DNA of 63,949 nucleotides, counting the filler, from Lenisia limosa (Eukaryota > Protista > Breviatea): assembly GCA_001655205.1 (NCBI GenBank). It is 11 parts of 11 records of this genome, joined end to end, with 100 filler letters (N's around TTAATTAATTAA, not from the genome) between each part and the next. Parts side by side here need not be neighbours in the genome. Positions count along the whole stretch, not along the records: positions 62,932 to 63,949 come from LPNZ01001952.1; 10 more parts are not named here. The stretch is one strand, 5' to 3'. How positions within the stretch are numbered: the first letter of the stretch is position 1; the number at the start of each line of letters is the position of its first letter. Positions 62,950 through 63,949 of this stretch are shown piece after piece. The notes below the pieces were generated by a model that had not been told where the DNA came from, searched no databases, and was given only the letters and a program-made list of their open reading frames with translations. The position numbers and the translations under genes were made by a program.

Positions 62950-63812
62950 GACCTCATCCACTCCCTTCATACTGCAGGTGTTGATTAGCGCCTGGGTTTG
63001 GCATTGAACTTCACTATAGACGGACGGAGCGTTGGGATGTGAAGAATGTTCAGTATAATTATGATGTATTTTTGTGTTTTTGTTCTCTTATTAGTTTCAA
63101 CTTATCCTCGTTCCAACAGTATCAGATAATTATCGACAGCGAGTTTAGAACAGTACAATTCCGCGAGGGAGAGGAAAAACAAAATACAAACAACGTCACC
63201 ACAGATAGAATCGCCCATTTCAAATTTTCACTGCCACTAGTCCCATTCCCGTATGATTTCACTCCAATATTGGATGTATCGAGGGGGGATCATTCATATT
63301 ATTGTGTGTGTTGGAACTTCCCCTCTCACATCCGAACCCATTCATTTTATATAATTACACTCTTTGATATCGATATGGTCATATATGTATATGAGCAGCT
63401 ACCACCTAAACTAACAAAAATGAAATGTAAGTTTACCTACACTTCAAAGTTAATCCACAACATTTGATAAAAGTTTCTTCAATCCAAAGTTTCAAACAAA
63501 ATAAGTTTTGTGAGAATGAGGAGGTGTGGGTAAACTTAAAAACTTATAAAACCGAAATGTACCTTCACCTGAGGGTAAATTCACCACCTTCCCACCCTCT
63601 GAAAACTCAAAACAAGTGATCAATCTAGAAAAACAAAGAACAGCCTAAAAAACCTAATTGAAAACATAATAAAAGAAAAGAACATGGGGGTGGGGTGCGG
63701 ACCCCAACAGCAATCGCTTTTAGCCCCTTTTAGCAAAGGATAGAAGGCCCTTTTCGTTTCTGAGCTGCTTTTGGCGTAAACGCATTTGTTGAAGTTGCGC
63801 CGGTTGTGGATG
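62950..63812 (-). CDS. Multi-exon hypothetical fragment
   Basis: Acceptor ctaacgaatcag| at ~63813 followed by a GC-richer exon; further short exon-like blocks downstream; frame unresolved. Confidence 0.3.
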
Positions 63813-63865
63813 CTGATTCGTTAGGAGGATGTGAAGTTTGTTATGGAGGGGAAGTAAAACGTTAT

Positions 63866-63949
63866 GGAGGGGTGAAAATGGGAAAATTTTTGAAACAAAA
63901 AGCCAATATCAACTCTGTTGGCTGACAACACACGAGGGTTGATAACAAC
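63866..63949 (-). repeat. Family B intronic repeat (runs off the window end)
   Basis: Sense read GTTGTTATCAACCCTCGTGTGTTGTCAGCCAACAGAGTTGATATTGGCTTTTTGTTTCAAAAATTTTCCC, a consensus-like hairpin. Confidence 0.92.

Overview
Eukaryotic, intron-dense genomic DNA from a flagellated protist. It encodes an axonemal dynein heavy chain, a TTC25/ODAD4-like protein and INPP5E; the species cannot be identified from the sequence. The window is 11 separate pieces joined by ten artificial 100-bp linkers (N44-TTAATTAATTAA-N44), so adjacency across a linker is not biological, and many other N gaps hide exons. The supplied ORF track is mostly uninformative because exons are 40-200 nt; genes were rebuilt by eye from GT-AG exons, and gene ends are approximate. 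Recognisable genes: INPP5E-like 5-phosphatase, N-acetylglucosamine kinase, TBCK, cathepsin B-like protease, TTC25-like TPR protein, axonemal dynein heavy chain (stem/N2 region), thiolase, CDC48/p97 and cytosolic leucyl-tRNA synthetase, plus several hypothetical genes. The most unusual signal is in the introns. (1) Family B is a ~130-150 nt hairpin-containing repeat, always in the host gene's sense orientation and usually ending at or near the 3' splice site. (2) Many introns start with G-runs and end with C-runs, giving complementary ends. (3) Family A is a ~100-bp MITE flanked by TA and found in both orientations. (4) Two further dispersed repeats (C, D) are present.
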